From the IMG/VR virus record IMGVR_UViG_3300026302_000005, positions 1 to 64,000 of that record: a DNA stretch of 64,000 nt, one strand, 5' to 3'. Origin of the DNA: a virus (lineage: Duplodnaviria; Heunggongvirae; Uroviricota; Caudoviricetes). A program made the position numbers and the translations under genes. Below are positions 8,887-18,400 of this stretch, one piece after another. The notes under the pieces are model-generated. The model was not told the origin of the DNA. It saw only the letters and a program-made list of their open reading frames with translations, and ran no database searches. Numbering within the stretch: position 1 is the stretch's first letter; each line of letters begins with the position of its first letter.

Positions 8887-8961
8887 GGCCCGTTAGTTTA
8901 ATGGTGAGAATGTCGGCCTTTCAAGCCGAAGAGATGGGATCGTGACCCATACGGGCTACCA
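8887..8961 (+). tRNA. tRNA-Glu(UUC) with non-canonical T loop
   Basis: GGCCCGT/ACGGGCT acceptor, TCGGC-CTTTCAA-GCCGA anticodon arm, T loop ATCGTGA, CCA. Confidence 0.9.
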
Positions 8962-8969
8962 AAAACAAC

Positions 8970-9047
8970 GGCTGCGTAGCATAACTGGAATAGTGCGGCT
9001 CCCTCTCAAGGAGTCAGATGCGGGTTCGAGTCCCGTCGCAGTCACCA
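8970..9047 (+). tRNA. tRNA-Glu(CUC)
   Basis: GGCTGCG/CGCAGTC acceptor, GCTCC-CTCTCAA-GGAGT, GCGGG-TTCGAGT-CCCGT, ACCA. Confidence 0.93.
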
Positions 9048-9064
9048 ACACTTGACTACCTCAC

Positions 9065-9142
9065 GGCGGTGTAGCATAACTGGAATAGTGCCTACGACTT
9101 TCAATCGAAGAGATGCGGGTTCGAGTCCCGTCACCGCTGCCA
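9065..9142 (+). tRNA. tRNA-Glu(UUC)
   Basis: GGCGGTG/CACCGCT acceptor, loop CTTTCAA, canonical T arm, GCCA. Confidence 0.92.
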
Positions 9143-9159
9143 AAATCCTGGAGACCATC

Positions 9160-9345
9160 ATGTCGGTATCATTCGAACGGAAGATGCTGAATCGTAACAA
9201 CCTGTTTGTGGACGATCCACACGACAAGCATCTGGCTACTTCGGCCCAGAAAAAGGCCACGGACGACCGGGACAGAAAGAAGTTGCGGAAGTTCTGGAAA
9301 ACCGATATCAAGGACCAAATCCTTGACCTCGGAGATGAAACGTGA
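9160..9345 (+). CDS. Small hypothetical protein
   Basis: GGAG RBS, ATG 9160, stop overlaps the next start. Confidence 0.6.
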   Translation: MSVSFERKMLNRNNLFVDDPHDKHLATSAQKKATDDRDRKKLRKFWKTDIKDQILDLGDET

Positions 9346-9650
9346 GGACGCTGCTGATATCCACTGCACTCCTTCTATGGCCAGCAATGGCTCATGCGGA
9401 ACTGGTTAATGGCTGGTATACCGTGTATGGATGTGTGTCGGAGACCGAAGACACCTGCACGATGATGGAAGTGTCGGATGTCACAGTGGAAAGCAACGAG
9501 GCGATCATCTTTGTGTGTCGCAACACAAACGAACGTTGGGGATGGGAACAGCAACACGCTTACATCCCGACCACCGATGGAAGACTGGAAAAGGTAACTG
9601 AGTTCATCATTCAGCATGTAAGCTGTGATGGAGAAAACGACGGAGACTGA
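9342..9650 (+). CDS. Hypothetical exported protein
   Basis: Signal peptide ending AMAHA; four Cys; GGAG RBS. Confidence 0.7.
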   Translation: MRTLLISTALLLWPAMAHAELVNGWYTVYGCVSETEDTCTMMEVSDVTVESNEAIIFVCRNTNERWGWEQQHAYIPTTDGRLEKVTEFIIQHVSCDGENDGD

Positions 9651-9652
9651 TC

Positions 9653-10531
9653 ATGTGGAACACACGAATTGCCCCGTCACCAACCGGGGACATGCACCTG
9701 GGAACCGCCAGGACCGCATACTTCAACTGGCTGGCCGCTCGGGCATCCGGTGGCAAGTTCATCCTGCGGATCGATGACACCGATACGGCTCGGAACACGG
9801 ACGCTGCGGTCGATGTGATCTATGCCGCCATGGACTGGCTTGGCCTGGACTACGATGCCGTCTATCGTCAATCAGATCGACTGGACCTGTATCGGTCGTA
9901 TGCTGATGGATTGATCCGGAACCACCTGGCCAAGACCGCCGACAATGGTGCCGTGCTGCTCGATCTACCGGTTGGAAACATGACCGGCATGAAGTGGCAT
10001 GACACGATCAGTGGAGATCAATTCTTCACCGACACGGTGCAAAAGTCTCTGGATCGAGACATCGTGCTAATCAAGGGCGATGGTATGCCGACCTATCACT
10101 TTGCGTCGGTGGTCGATGACATCGATCTGGGCATCAACTGGGTGATCCGTGGTATCGATCATTTCAGCAACACGTTCGTCCACACCATGATCGGGCATGC
10201 CATCGGGTGCGATCATCCGAACTATGCCCACCTGGGACTGATCATGAAGGACAAGAAGAAGCTGTCCAAGCGGGATGCCGCCTCCAGCCTGCTGGGGTAT
10301 CGGGATGTCGGGTATGATCGGGATGCGGTGTTGAACTTCATCCTCCGGATGGGATGGGGTCCGAGCGTGGACGACAAGACTACGGCTGTCCTGGATCGGG
10401 ATGCCGCACTTCGGTTGTTCCTGGATGGTGGAAGAATGCGGTCTTCACCGGCCAACTTCGATCAAATCAAGCTGGACAGCTTTGACCGCAAATACAAGGG
10501 GCGGAAGGAACATCTGGCTCTTGTGGGGTAA
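9653..10531 (+). CDS. gltX: Glutamyl-tRNA synthetase, catalytic part only (292 aa)
   Basis: TRIAPSPTG, HLGT (HIGH motif), LRIDDTD, PTYHFASVVDD, VIRG.DH, KKLSKR; ends after SPANFDQIKL with no anticodon-binding domains. Confidence 0.9.
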   Translation: MWNTRIAPSPTGDMHLGTARTAYFNWLAARASGGKFILRIDDTDTARNTDAAVDVIYAAMDWLGLDYDAVYRQSDRLDLYRSYADGLIRNHLAKTADNGAVLLDLPVGNMTGMKWHDTISGDQFFTDTVQKSLDRDIVLIKGDGMPTYHFASVVDDIDLGINWVIRGIDHFSNTFVHTMIGHAIGCDHPNYAHLGLIMKDKKKLSKRDAASSLLGYRDVGYDRDAVLNFILRMGWGPSVDDKTTAVLDRDAALRLFLDGGRMRSSPANFDQIKLDSFDRKYKGRKEHLALVG

Positions 10532-10654
10532 CCAATCCCCAGCCCAGGGCTTTGGGCTACAGGTGCAGCGGGGTGCAAATCCCCAACCTAGCGACGGGTC
10601 GACTCCAAGCAGGGCATAGTGCAACAACCTGGTCTTAACCTTTAGGAGATCATC

Positions 10655-11041
10655 ATGATCCAAATCGACATCAAGCGAGCCGTGTCTGAGGGCCGCACCG
10701 TGAAGTTCACACGCTACCACGATGGCAATCTGTGGTATGAGACCGAGTTCGGCGAAGCCTTCCCAGTTCCACCCAGTGATATCGCCGGTGCTACGTTCAA
10801 CGCGACCGAGAAGGCGATCCTATTGATGCGGTATATGCGGATGTGGAACCAGACCGGGAAGTCCGAAATGGAACAACTGACCTACCGTCTCTATGACGAT
10901 CCGGATGGATTGAAGGTCAGCAACATCTCGATCACTCCGGGTGCGAGTCCCGAATCGGTAGAACGTATGGCCGAGAACATCAACCGGGCCCTGGATGAAA
11001 TCGAGTCCGGACAGGCCGAAGTCGTCGAACTAGAAGATTGA
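10655..11041 (+). CDS. Hypothetical phage protein
   Basis: AGGAG RBS, 128-aa ORF. Confidence 0.7.
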   Translation: MIQIDIKRAVSEGRTVKFTRYHDGNLWYETEFGEAFPVPPSDIAGATFNATEKAILLMRYMRMWNQTGKSEMEQLTYRLYDDPDGLKVSNISITPGASPESVERMAENINRALDEIESGQAEVVELED

Positions 11042-11068
11042 TCTGTCGGATTGATGCGGGCTTTTGGG

Positions 11069-11074
11069 TAAATA
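11069..11074 (+). promoter_or_regulatory. Late-type promoter TAAATA
   Basis: TAAATA 20 nt upstream of the ATG; the same motif precedes structural genes. Confidence 0.6.
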
Positions 11075-11093
11075 TTGCTCAGGAGACCCACAC

Positions 11094-14000
11094 ATGCGTT
11101 TGACCGAATTTCTTCAACCCGCCCCTGTTGTTGCACCGCCCACGATGGGGGTGCGAGAGGTTCCCATTCCTATGTGGGTGCTTGAGGGCTCTGACGCGGA
11201 TTATGAAGCCTTTTTGGTCAAACGTCGGCTGAATACGATTGCTTCCACTTTGACCGAAGCGGCAATAGATCGCTATCGCCCGATGCTGGAGGTATTCCGT
11301 AAGATCGACGGCATGTCGCCTACCAACACCATTTCTGGTAACTCCTGGCACGACATTGCCACTAAACAACTCAACTGGGCCATGACGGTGCTCAAGCGTG
11401 AGGATCGAATCGTATGGTTCTTGCGGTTGCTCAAGGTCATGTATCTCGGCATGATCGCATCCAAGCCCGTCGCAGATGGGCCGCAGCAGGCAGAAATCAT
11501 CAATTTCATCAACAAGGAATATGCCCGGGCCAAAGCCGGGGTCAACAAGGCTATTGGTGGCAAAGTTGATGATGACGCTGTGTATGCAGCAGAGCAGATC
11601 AAGAACCTCAACCAGTTTCAGACCGATATGGAACACTTCATGTCGATGGATATCCCACAGATTCAGCAAACCACATGGGGTCCACAACTTCCCCGTGATC
11701 TGATGCAATCGTTCCGTGCCATCGAGAAGGAATGGAGCGCCCGTCGGTCATCAGTCGTCGATATGAGTCAAGACGACAAAAGTGAAGTCACCACGATCAT
11801 CGAGTTCCCCGACGGTTCCGCCTGGGTTAACCTGAACCGGTCTTCTTGCTCGCTGGAAGCCGATGCCATGGGACACTGCGGAAACACGGCTTCCAACCGG
11901 TCATACGAAACCGTTCTGTCCTATCGGACTCCGGTGAATGAGCATGGCAGACCACGTGATCCCAAAGATGGCGGAACACATTGGCGTCCACGTCTGACAT
12001 TCATTCTTCACAAAGAAACTGGGATGTTGGGAGAGATGAAGGGGCGGGCCAACAACAAGCCCAAGGATGAACTACACCCGTTCATCATCGCATTGCTTCG
12101 TTCCGATTTGGTCAAAGGTATCACCGGTGGTGGATACGCACCAGAGAACAACTTCGAAATGTCCGATCTTGATCCTGAGGTTGCAGCGGCTCTGATCAAA
12201 GAGAAACCCGCACTGGGAACTGTCAGTCAGCACTTCGCAGTCGAGGGCCGCAGTGAATCTCTTATGAACCGAGTTCAGGGTATCCTGGATCAATACGAAG
12301 TCAGCAACAATGGTTTCACCGAGGATGGGAAATACCTCATCATTGATACGCACAACGATTTTGCCGATTTTGCGGAGCGTTGGGGTAGCCGCACCGAAAC
12401 CTATATTGCCGGAATCATGAGCGGCTCTGATAGCATGTATGATGGGGATTATCACAGCGGCGACCGTAGTGATCGGGAAAGCCTCCTGGAGGATTTGGTC
12501 AAGCTACGCCCTGATATCCTGGAACACCTCAAGGCTTACATGAAGTGGACCTATCCGGAGCAGTTCGGCATCAAGTCTCAGGATGACGATCAGCAGGATG
12601 ATGACCAAAATGACGACGACCAGGATGATGACTACGGAGATGATGCAGAATATGACATCGATGATCTAGGCGACATTGTTCGATGCCTGGAGGATGAAAG
12701 CGACGACCTATACGATCAGATCGGTAATGCCATTTCTGATGGACATCGATCTGGTGCTGAGTCTGAAATGTATGAGGCATTCTGGAAGTGGCTGGATGAT
12801 CCATTCGAAGGTCATGGCACTGCCATAATTGTGGATGAAAAGAACAAATACGACTCCAAGGTATACACGGTGTTGCCGTTTGATGAACTGATCGGATTCC
12901 TGCCGCCCGAGGATGATGAATTTGTCGAAACAGTATCCGGTAGTGGATGGTCAGAGTGGCTTGAGGTCAACAAGATCGATGAACCCTATTATGGGTGGTC
13001 CGGATATGATGAACATGTCGCCCTAGAAAATCTGGGCGATCACTTTGACATCCCTGATGTTCCGGATTACGAGATTCCGGTTGCTGGTAACGCCAACATC
13101 AAAGATCGCGATGCTATCTATCAGGCTATTCAGGAGCTAGGTGGGGAAGAGATTCCGAACACGAAAGCACGTTCCAAGAACTGGAAAACTCCAGAGGGTA
13201 TTCGGGTGCTGGATATCGATGCCATGAACGGTGTTATCGTCATGAACGTCTACTTCAATGCTGGCGATAAAAGCACGGAAGAGATGGCTGCAACCTATGC
13301 GACGTTCCTGCGTTTCCTGGCTATGGTTGGTCGGTCACGCGGTTGCTCAATCGTGCTCCGCACCCACGAGAAGCATTTGATGAAACATGATCTGGTCGGC
13401 GAGACCGGGTTCACTCAAGCCAAGCATGGATACCTTCGCTACGATCCACCCAAAGCCGTCAAGGAATCGGATGAACCGGTTCGAATCAAACTACGTGGCC
13501 GTGCAGTCCGGGATTCCGATGGCGATGTAGATGGCTTCCTGCATGATCTGGAGCAGGCTACACAGGAACATCCGTGGAACCACAAGATGCGGATATTCGG
13601 CAGCGTTGGGATCGAGGTAAGTCCGTGGGGCACCGGCATCCACCTGGGTGATATCGTAACGCTTGGAGATGCCCGCCAGGGTCATGGAACGAACGCCCTC
13701 AAGCTGCTCACACAACTGGCCGATCAGCATGGGGTAACGATCTCCGGTGTAGCCAAAGCCTACAGTAACAAGCCCGGTCACATCCAGGGCACCAGTCGGC
13801 TATTGAAGTGGTATCAGAAGCATGGGTTCAAGAGAACCGGTGGATATCCGGAAGATGGCTATGACATCGAATACAAGCCCCGGGCAGTTACCGAGGCTCC
13901 GATTGATGACTATGGATTGATCGGCAACTGGGGCGATAATGTGAAGTCCAACAGCTTCATGAACCCACAGGATCGCAAGATCATCCAGAGCCCCAACCTG

Positions 14001-14750
14001 ATCCAGAAGGTTCGTCGTAAATTCGGCAACACCGAGCATATGTTGAACTTCTATTTCGTCAATCTCCCCGGTGTTCGTCAGTTCGCCGAGACTGGTGTGA
14101 AATCCGAAGAAGAGATCGCCAAAGACATGCCGGAAGCCTGGGCTGCGATCCGTCAGCGTGAGACAGATCGGGGAACTGATCGAACCAATGCCATCAACGT
14201 GCTATATGTCGGCAACGCCGGAGTCAATCGGGTTCCGATGACCGCATGGATCATGGGTCACCGACTGGGCCATGCAGTGCAGGCCAGCAATCGTGGTGGC
14301 AAGAACAAAATCCACTCGTGGGCTGATCTGGAGCGAGAGTTCAGTGACATGCTGGGGCGGATGATGGATGAAGTCTACGGATGGAATATCAAGAAGCAAA
14401 GCCGGTTTGGTGCATATGGTGCGGCACCCGAACCGGATATGTGGAACCACCCGGACATCGCCAAATTCCTGGAAGCTATCGGCACGATGGCCAGTGCCCG
14501 CAATGGTAAACTTGGTGGTCGTCCATACGAGTTCATGTATGAGATGTTCTCCCAATACCTGACCACGGGCGAATTGAAATTCCGTGATCTACCGAAGGTG
14601 TTTGGTCGTCCACGGTCGCAGCGTCGGTCTCGTGATGAAGAAATGAGAGACATGTATAGCCGGGACCTGAATGGTTGGTTCGCCGACCACATCACCAGCT
14701 ACATGGACAACGTGTGCTATGAATGCACCGGCAAATATTTGGTGATGTGA
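11094..14750 (+). CDS. Polyvalent multidomain protein (PcfJ-like, acidic region, GNAT, zincin-like)
   Basis: AGGAG RBS; EADAMGHC (PcfJ-like), D-rich tract, RQGHGT...WYQKHGF (GNAT), MGHRLGH. Confidence 0.8.
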   Translation: MRLTEFLQPAPVVAPPTMGVREVPIPMWVLEGSDADYEAFLVKRRLNTIASTLTEAAIDRYRPMLEVFRKIDGMSPTNTISGNSWHDIATKQLNWAMTVLKREDRIVWFLRLLKVMYLGMIASKPVADGPQQAEIINFINKEYARAKAGVNKAIGGKVDDDAVYAAEQIKNLNQFQTDMEHFMSMDIPQIQQTTWGPQLPRDLMQSFRAIEKEWSARRSSVVDMSQDDKSEVTTIIEFPDGSAWVNLNRSSCSLEADAMGHCGNTASNRSYETVLSYRTPVNEHGRPRDPKDGGTHWRPRLTFILHKETGMLGEMKGRANNKPKDELHPFIIALLRSDLVKGITGGGYAPENNFEMSDLDPEVAAALIKEKPALGTVSQHFAVEGRSESLMNRVQGILDQYEVSNNGFTEDGKYLIIDTHNDFADFAERWGSRTETYIAGIMSGSDSMYDGDYHSGDRSDRESLLEDLVKLRPDILEHLKAYMKWTYPEQFGIKSQDDDQQDDDQNDDDQDDDYGDDAEYDIDDLGDIVRCLEDESDDLYDQIGNAISDGHRSGAESEMYEAFWKWLDDPFEGHGTAIIVDEKNKYDSKVYTVLPFDELIGFLPPEDDEFVETVSGSGWSEWLEVNKIDEPYYGWSGYDEHVALENLGDHFDIPDVPDYEIPVAGNANIKDRDAIYQAIQELGGEEIPNTKARSKNWKTPEGIRVLDIDAMNGVIVMNVYFNAGDKSTEEMAATYATFLRFLAMVGRSRGCSIVLRTHEKHLMKHDLVGETGFTQAKHGYLRYDPPKAVKESDEPVRIKLRGRAVRDSDGDVDGFLHDLEQATQEHPWNHKMRIFGSVGIEVSPWGTGIHLGDIVTLGDARQGHGTNALKLLTQLADQHGVTISGVAKAYSNKPGHIQGTSRLLKWYQKHGFKRTGGYPEDGYDIEYKPRAVTEAPIDDYGLIGNWGDNVKSNSFMNPQDRKIIQSPNLIQKVRRKFGNTEHMLNFYFVNLPGVRQFAETGVKSEEEIAKDMPEAWAAIRQRETDRGTDRTNAINVLYVGNAGVNRVPMTAWIMGHRLGHAVQASNRGGKNKIHSWADLEREFSDMLGRMMDEVYGWNIKKQSRFGAYGAAPEPDMWNHPDIAKFLEAIGTMASARNGKLGGRPYEFMYEMFSQYLTTGELKFRDLPKVFGRPRSQRRSRDEEMRDMYSRDLNGWFADHITSYMDNVCYECTGKYLVM
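12579..12670 (+). repeat. Low-complexity (Q)DDD coding repeat
   Basis: CAGGATGACGAT-like tandem units encoding QDDDQQDDDQNDDDQDDD. Confidence 0.7.
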
Positions 14751-14751
14751 T

Positions 14752-15492
14752 ATGAAACTCAATCAGCTTCTCGAAATGACACAAGGGCAAGCGTTGCAGA
14801 TTTTCGCATCGCATGGTGAGGCACTGACCAGTGCATCCGCCGATGATGTGAAGAAAGCTCGAAACCGATTGGTCCGAAAGTTCCAATCCGAGCTTGCCAC
14901 TGGTGGCGATGGGCAGTTGAAGATGATCAATGCCGCGTATGATGTCCTGAAAGATGGAGTGCGGGCTTCATCAGCCGGTCGTAGACCGCATTACCCGGAT
15001 TTCAGCCAGGATGCTGCACCAAAGCGGGAAGAGCCCCAGGGAACGCCCCCATGGGCCTGGGCAGGGCATTCCGGAGGTATGGCACCGGATGGCAAAATTT
15101 ACCGACAGACATTCCAGGATGTGAACTTCATCAAGAAGACCATGTGGGAACTTTCCGGTCAATCCCGTGAAGAGTGGACCATCTGGGGATTCGACGGCCA
15201 CTACTTCCGTGGGGTCACCACCGTCTATGGTAGCAAGGAAATCTTCAACAAGATGGCCGAGGCCATGTATGTGTGGCAGACCACCGGTGGCAACTCCTAT
15301 CCATGTCGGGCTGTGTTTGTGACGAAGAAATCTATGCCCGGTAAGATGCTGTTGATCTATGCTGATGATCAGCTATACGGGGATAATCCCATCCCGTTCG
15401 AGCATGAGTCGTTCAACTCCAATCCCGGCAATGACCAGTCGTTTGCCCGCAGTCTCCCGAAGAAGCTCGATGATCTCATGGGAGATGCATAA
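14752..15492 (+). CDS. Protein with an N-terminal J-domain-like region lacking HPD
   Basis: ALQIF...SADDVKKARNRLVRKFQSE...MINAAYDVLK. Confidence 0.7.
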   Translation: MKLNQLLEMTQGQALQIFASHGEALTSASADDVKKARNRLVRKFQSELATGGDGQLKMINAAYDVLKDGVRASSAGRRPHYPDFSQDAAPKREEPQGTPPWAWAGHSGGMAPDGKIYRQTFQDVNFIKKTMWELSGQSREEWTIWGFDGHYFRGVTTVYGSKEIFNKMAEAMYVWQTTGGNSYPCRAVFVTKKSMPGKMLLIYADDQLYGDNPIPFEHESFNSNPGNDQSFARSLPKKLDDLMGDA

Positions 15493-15494
15493 GC

Positions 15495-18400
15495 ATGCGA
15501 CTGTTTGATCTGTTTGAGGCATCCACAACCGATACACCGGAGTTCCGTCGCTGGTTTGCCGGAAGCAAAGCAGTAGATCGTGCAGGGAATCCGCTGAAAC
15601 TCTATCACGGCACCAACGCCGATTTCGATCAGTTCTCCACCGACAAGATCGGCTCCAGATGGCATGCCGATACATGGGGGTTCTTCTTTACTCCCAGTAG
15701 CCACGAGGCCAGTGACTATTCCAGCAACTATGGACCGAAGGATGGTGGAACCAACGTCATACCGGTCTATTTGTCCATCAAGAAACCCTTGAACTGGGCA
15801 GCACTTCTCTGGTATTATGGGGGAGATGGAAGTAATACGGAAGCCGAAATCGCCGACTACGCCAGGAGAGAACTCAGTGGTCGCGGAATGGTTGATTATT
15901 TTGAAACCAGCCATAAGCAAGCCGAATGGATGGAGTTCATCAAAGATGGTGGCTTCGATGGGATTATCCTACAGGACCCAGACAATCGTAACAACGGCAT
16001 CTACATCGCACTGAATCCGAATCAGATCAAATCGGTATTCAACCGTGGCGAGTGGAAACAGGATGATCCACGTCTATCCGAGTCTGCCACTGATAGTCCA
16101 GCATTCCGCAACTGGTTCAAGAACAGCAAGATCGTGGATCGCTCTGGACAGCCCCTGGCGGTCCATCATGGCACTGCTATACCCAAGACGGCATTCCGGG
16201 CAAGTCGCGCTGATAACATGCATGGCATTTACTTCACACCCGATCTGACTGCGGCCCACGATCACGCCAATATGGATGCCGAAGTCGATGGGGATGATCC
16301 GCTCGTCTACAGCGTATTTCTGTCCATCCAAAACCCATTGATCGTTCGCTCTGGGGTGGTAGATGATCCCCGGGTGAAACTGAACAACCTGGGTCAGCCC
16401 ACTCAGGGGGTAGGCCAGATGGATTACCAGCAACTCACCACGGAGATGCTGAACCTTCTGATCCAGGATGGATACGATGGGATCGTCATCACAAACGGCC
16501 CGGTCGAGGATGCATCAGAGATCGTGGCATTCTATCCGAATCAAATCAAATCGGTATCTAACCAGGGGAACTGGAACTCCGATAGTCATCACATGAATGA
16601 AGACTTTGATCGCGGTGCCAGCGATAAGGCATTCCAACGGTGGTTCTCCGGTAGCAAAATCGTGGATCATACAGGGAAGCCTCTCAAAGTGTTTCACGGC
16701 ACCAACCGAGAGTTTGATCGGTTTATTCGAACTGGACCATTCGGTGCTGCTCGGGCCCGGACAGCAGGTGGTCAGATGCTGGGTAAACTACCGCTGGCAT
16801 TCTTCACGGCTGACCCAGACGTGGCCAGTGAGTTTGCCGGGGAAAAACCCAACGCGACGTTCCCACCCAAGGTTCTTCCGGTGTATTTGTCGATCAAGAA
16901 ACCCTGGGTGCTGGACGCTAAGGGTGAGCCATGGAACCACACCCATGATCAATTGATTGCGGCTTATCAGAGTGGTGAATACGACGGGGCGATCATCCGG
17001 AACTCCGCCGACTCAATGCGGCACCCGATGACCATACATGATGTCTATGTGAGCTTCTCTCCAAGCCAGATCAAATCAGTGTTCAACAAGGGAACCTGGA
17101 ACAGCAAGGCTCATGGTATTTCAGAAGCATCCGATGCCAACAAACAGGGTATTCCAGACAGCATAAAACCCACACTAGGGATCAAGGTTGGAAAGAATGC
17201 ACGGTTCTTCCGGGGTGAATCGGAATCATCCGGCTCTAACGGAGCTACCTATGGGGCGGGTCTGTATACGACGACGAACCGTAGCTATGCTGCTAAATTT
17301 GGGAAAGTCCGCGAGCTATCTCGATGGGAGGCACTACCGGATAATCCACTACGTTTCCGCACCATACAGGATTGGGAATTGTGGCTTCAACGATACGACC
17401 AATACCACGGTATATTGGGGGCCAGAGATCGAGGCCAGAAACACAATGACATCGGGGATTACATCCGTATCGTATTTCCAGATGTAGATGGTGTGCAGAT
17501 AGGACTGGGTAATGATATGCTGTTCGTTGCCTGGCCTACGAATGAATCAATAACCGAAGGGGATCGGGACGAAGTTCACCAGTTTCTCAAAAACTCTGTG
17601 ATCAAGAACCCGGATGGATCACCCAAGATGATGTTCCACTGGGGTCCGAAAGGGATCACCAAATTCCGGGGTATGCCCACGTCGAGCTTTCTGATCTATT
17701 GGAACGCAGATAGCTTCTCCGCCAGGGTGGCCGCTCGCAATGAAGAGCATGAGTATCGAGCATACATTCGATGTGAGAAACCCTATGGAACGCCACAACA
17801 ACCACTGCATTGGGGTGAGGCCGAAGAGAAGGCTGACAGGATCAAGAAGGCCGGATACGACGGTATCTGGGTCAAGGATGAGGGCGATGTCAGTCTGGCC
17901 GTGTATGACTCCGATCAGATATGGTTGATCAACCCGGTTCAGGAGGCGATCCTGAACGAGCTTCGGATCGTCAAGGATAACGGTGCCGGTAATGACAAAC
18001 AGATAGTCGTAGCCTTCCGTGGATGGGTATGGTTGTTGCCGTGGTATGCCAATACTGCGGATGAGTCTGTTCTGACCGACATGGCCTATCGCTTGGGACT
18101 GGACCTGGATGATTGGGATGGCGATGTCGGATACATGATGGACTCATTTGATGAGATCATCGAGAACCGACCTGATATCATCTACGGGGTCATTCGCAAC
18201 AACGATTTGCATTTGATGAACCGACCCGGGGCCTCAGCCATATCACCGATGACTTCACCGATGATCGCGAAGATGGTCAAGCAACTCGATCTGGATGGAG
18301 CATCCTACGGCTATTTCAACATGGATGGTGATGACAACACCAATACGGTTGGAGCGGATGAACTCCGGGGCGCACTACCGGAGCGGCTCTATCACGGAAC

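Noticed and set aside
9653-10531. Annotation as GluQ-RS (YadB)
   Set aside because: KKLSKRD, LRMGWG and SPANFD motifs are GltX-like and the neighbours are tRNA-Glu; not fully excluded without a phylogeny
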